A stretch of 64,000 nucleotides of DNA from Phycisphaerae bacterium (GTDB lineage Bacteria; Planctomycetota; Phycisphaerae; UBA1845; Fen-1342). Positions 63,476 to 64,000 of this stretch are shown piece by piece. The stretch's first letter is position 1, and the number at the start of each line of letters is the position of its first letter. The notes below the pieces were generated by a model. That model was not told the DNA's origin, made no database searches, and saw nothing but the letters and a program-made list of their open reading frames with translations. The stretch spans positions 1 through 64,000 of the forward strand of contig CAXXWX010000015.1 in the NCBI GenBank assembly GCA_963675745.2, in the 5' to 3' direction. The translations under genes were made by a program, and so were the position numbers.

Positions 63476-63661
63476 AATCCGAACCCTCCGTCCGAGAAAG
63501 TGCTGGGTCCATTCTAGCGACTTGACGCACGTACTGACAGAGGGAGACGGCAAGGGCCGTCCGGCGGCGGAGAACGGCGTCGTGCAAACAGCAGGGGTCG
63601 TCGTGCGACGAGCGAAACGCGGAATGAGCCTTGGATGTGAACAACGAACAAGGAGCCTGGC

Positions 63662-63991
63662 ATGAAACTCACGATCGCTTGTATTGGACTGCTGTTGTGT
63701 GTCGGCTGTGTGGACGATGGCCTCCTGCCAACACCTCTCGCCTTGCACACAGACGAAGCCTTGCAGGATCTCGGCATCGAACGGTACGCCGAGTATGTCT
63801 CCGCGGCTTACTCCGGAAACATGCCGGCGGCCCGCCAGGCGCTCAATGGCCTCATTGATGTCTATGAGGAGATGTTGAGACGCCCGTCTATCACTGGACC
63901 CATGACGCCGCAAGAAGTCCAAGCCATGCGAGACTATCTCGCGGTTCTCAGAGAGACCCTGAATACGGCGTTAAACGCGACGCCGTCATAA
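63662..63991 (+). CDS. Putative lipoprotein
   Basis: AAGGAG RBS and CVGC lipobox. Confidence 0.6.
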   Translation: MKLTIACIGLLLCVGCVDDGLLPTPLALHTDEALQDLGIERYAEYVSAAYSGNMPAARQALNGLIDVYEEMLRRPSITGPMTPQEVQAMRDYLAVLRETLNTALNATPS

Positions 63992-64000
63992 GGCGGTTGG

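Overview
GC-rich 64-kb window that looks like a Planctomycetota genome, probably Phycisphaerae. The evidence is ECF sigma/Ser-Thr kinase-TPR modules at both ends, a DUF1559-type prepilin protein, a PEP-CTERM protein and many dockerin-bearing secreted proteins. Main blocks: (1) 1-7.7 kb, a kinase, an ECF sigma factor and a secreted-protein operon, ending in an integrase remnant and a tRNA-Thr 3' fragment; (2) about 8-28 kb, a stress/ion-homeostasis-like cluster with two B12-radical SAMs, two DUF2294/MpsC proteins, SPFH, GlsB/YeaQ, an orphan atpG, an mgtE remnant, PTS EI, a CheB/CheR-histidine kinase, PP2C and GH57; (3) rnr, then a tmRNA-like att fragment and a decayed RHS toxin/immunity cassette array; (4) 36.7-60 kb, mostly secreted or surface proteins, with a second copy of the att repeat. 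The best candidate for an undescribed system is a ~125-nt structured RNA leader with compensatory changes and an intrinsic terminator, present twice in the DUF2294 operon (candidate riboswitch or attenuator). Other leads are a second covarying 92-nt leader upstream of atpG and mgtE, strong [DE]-[PA]-N enrichment in exported proteins, a shared GACP C-terminal sorting-like signal, and RHS toxins with dockerin and caspase-like features. Several genes carry single frameshifts, which may be sequencing or assembly indels. All family calls come from motif recognition by eye; no database searches were run.
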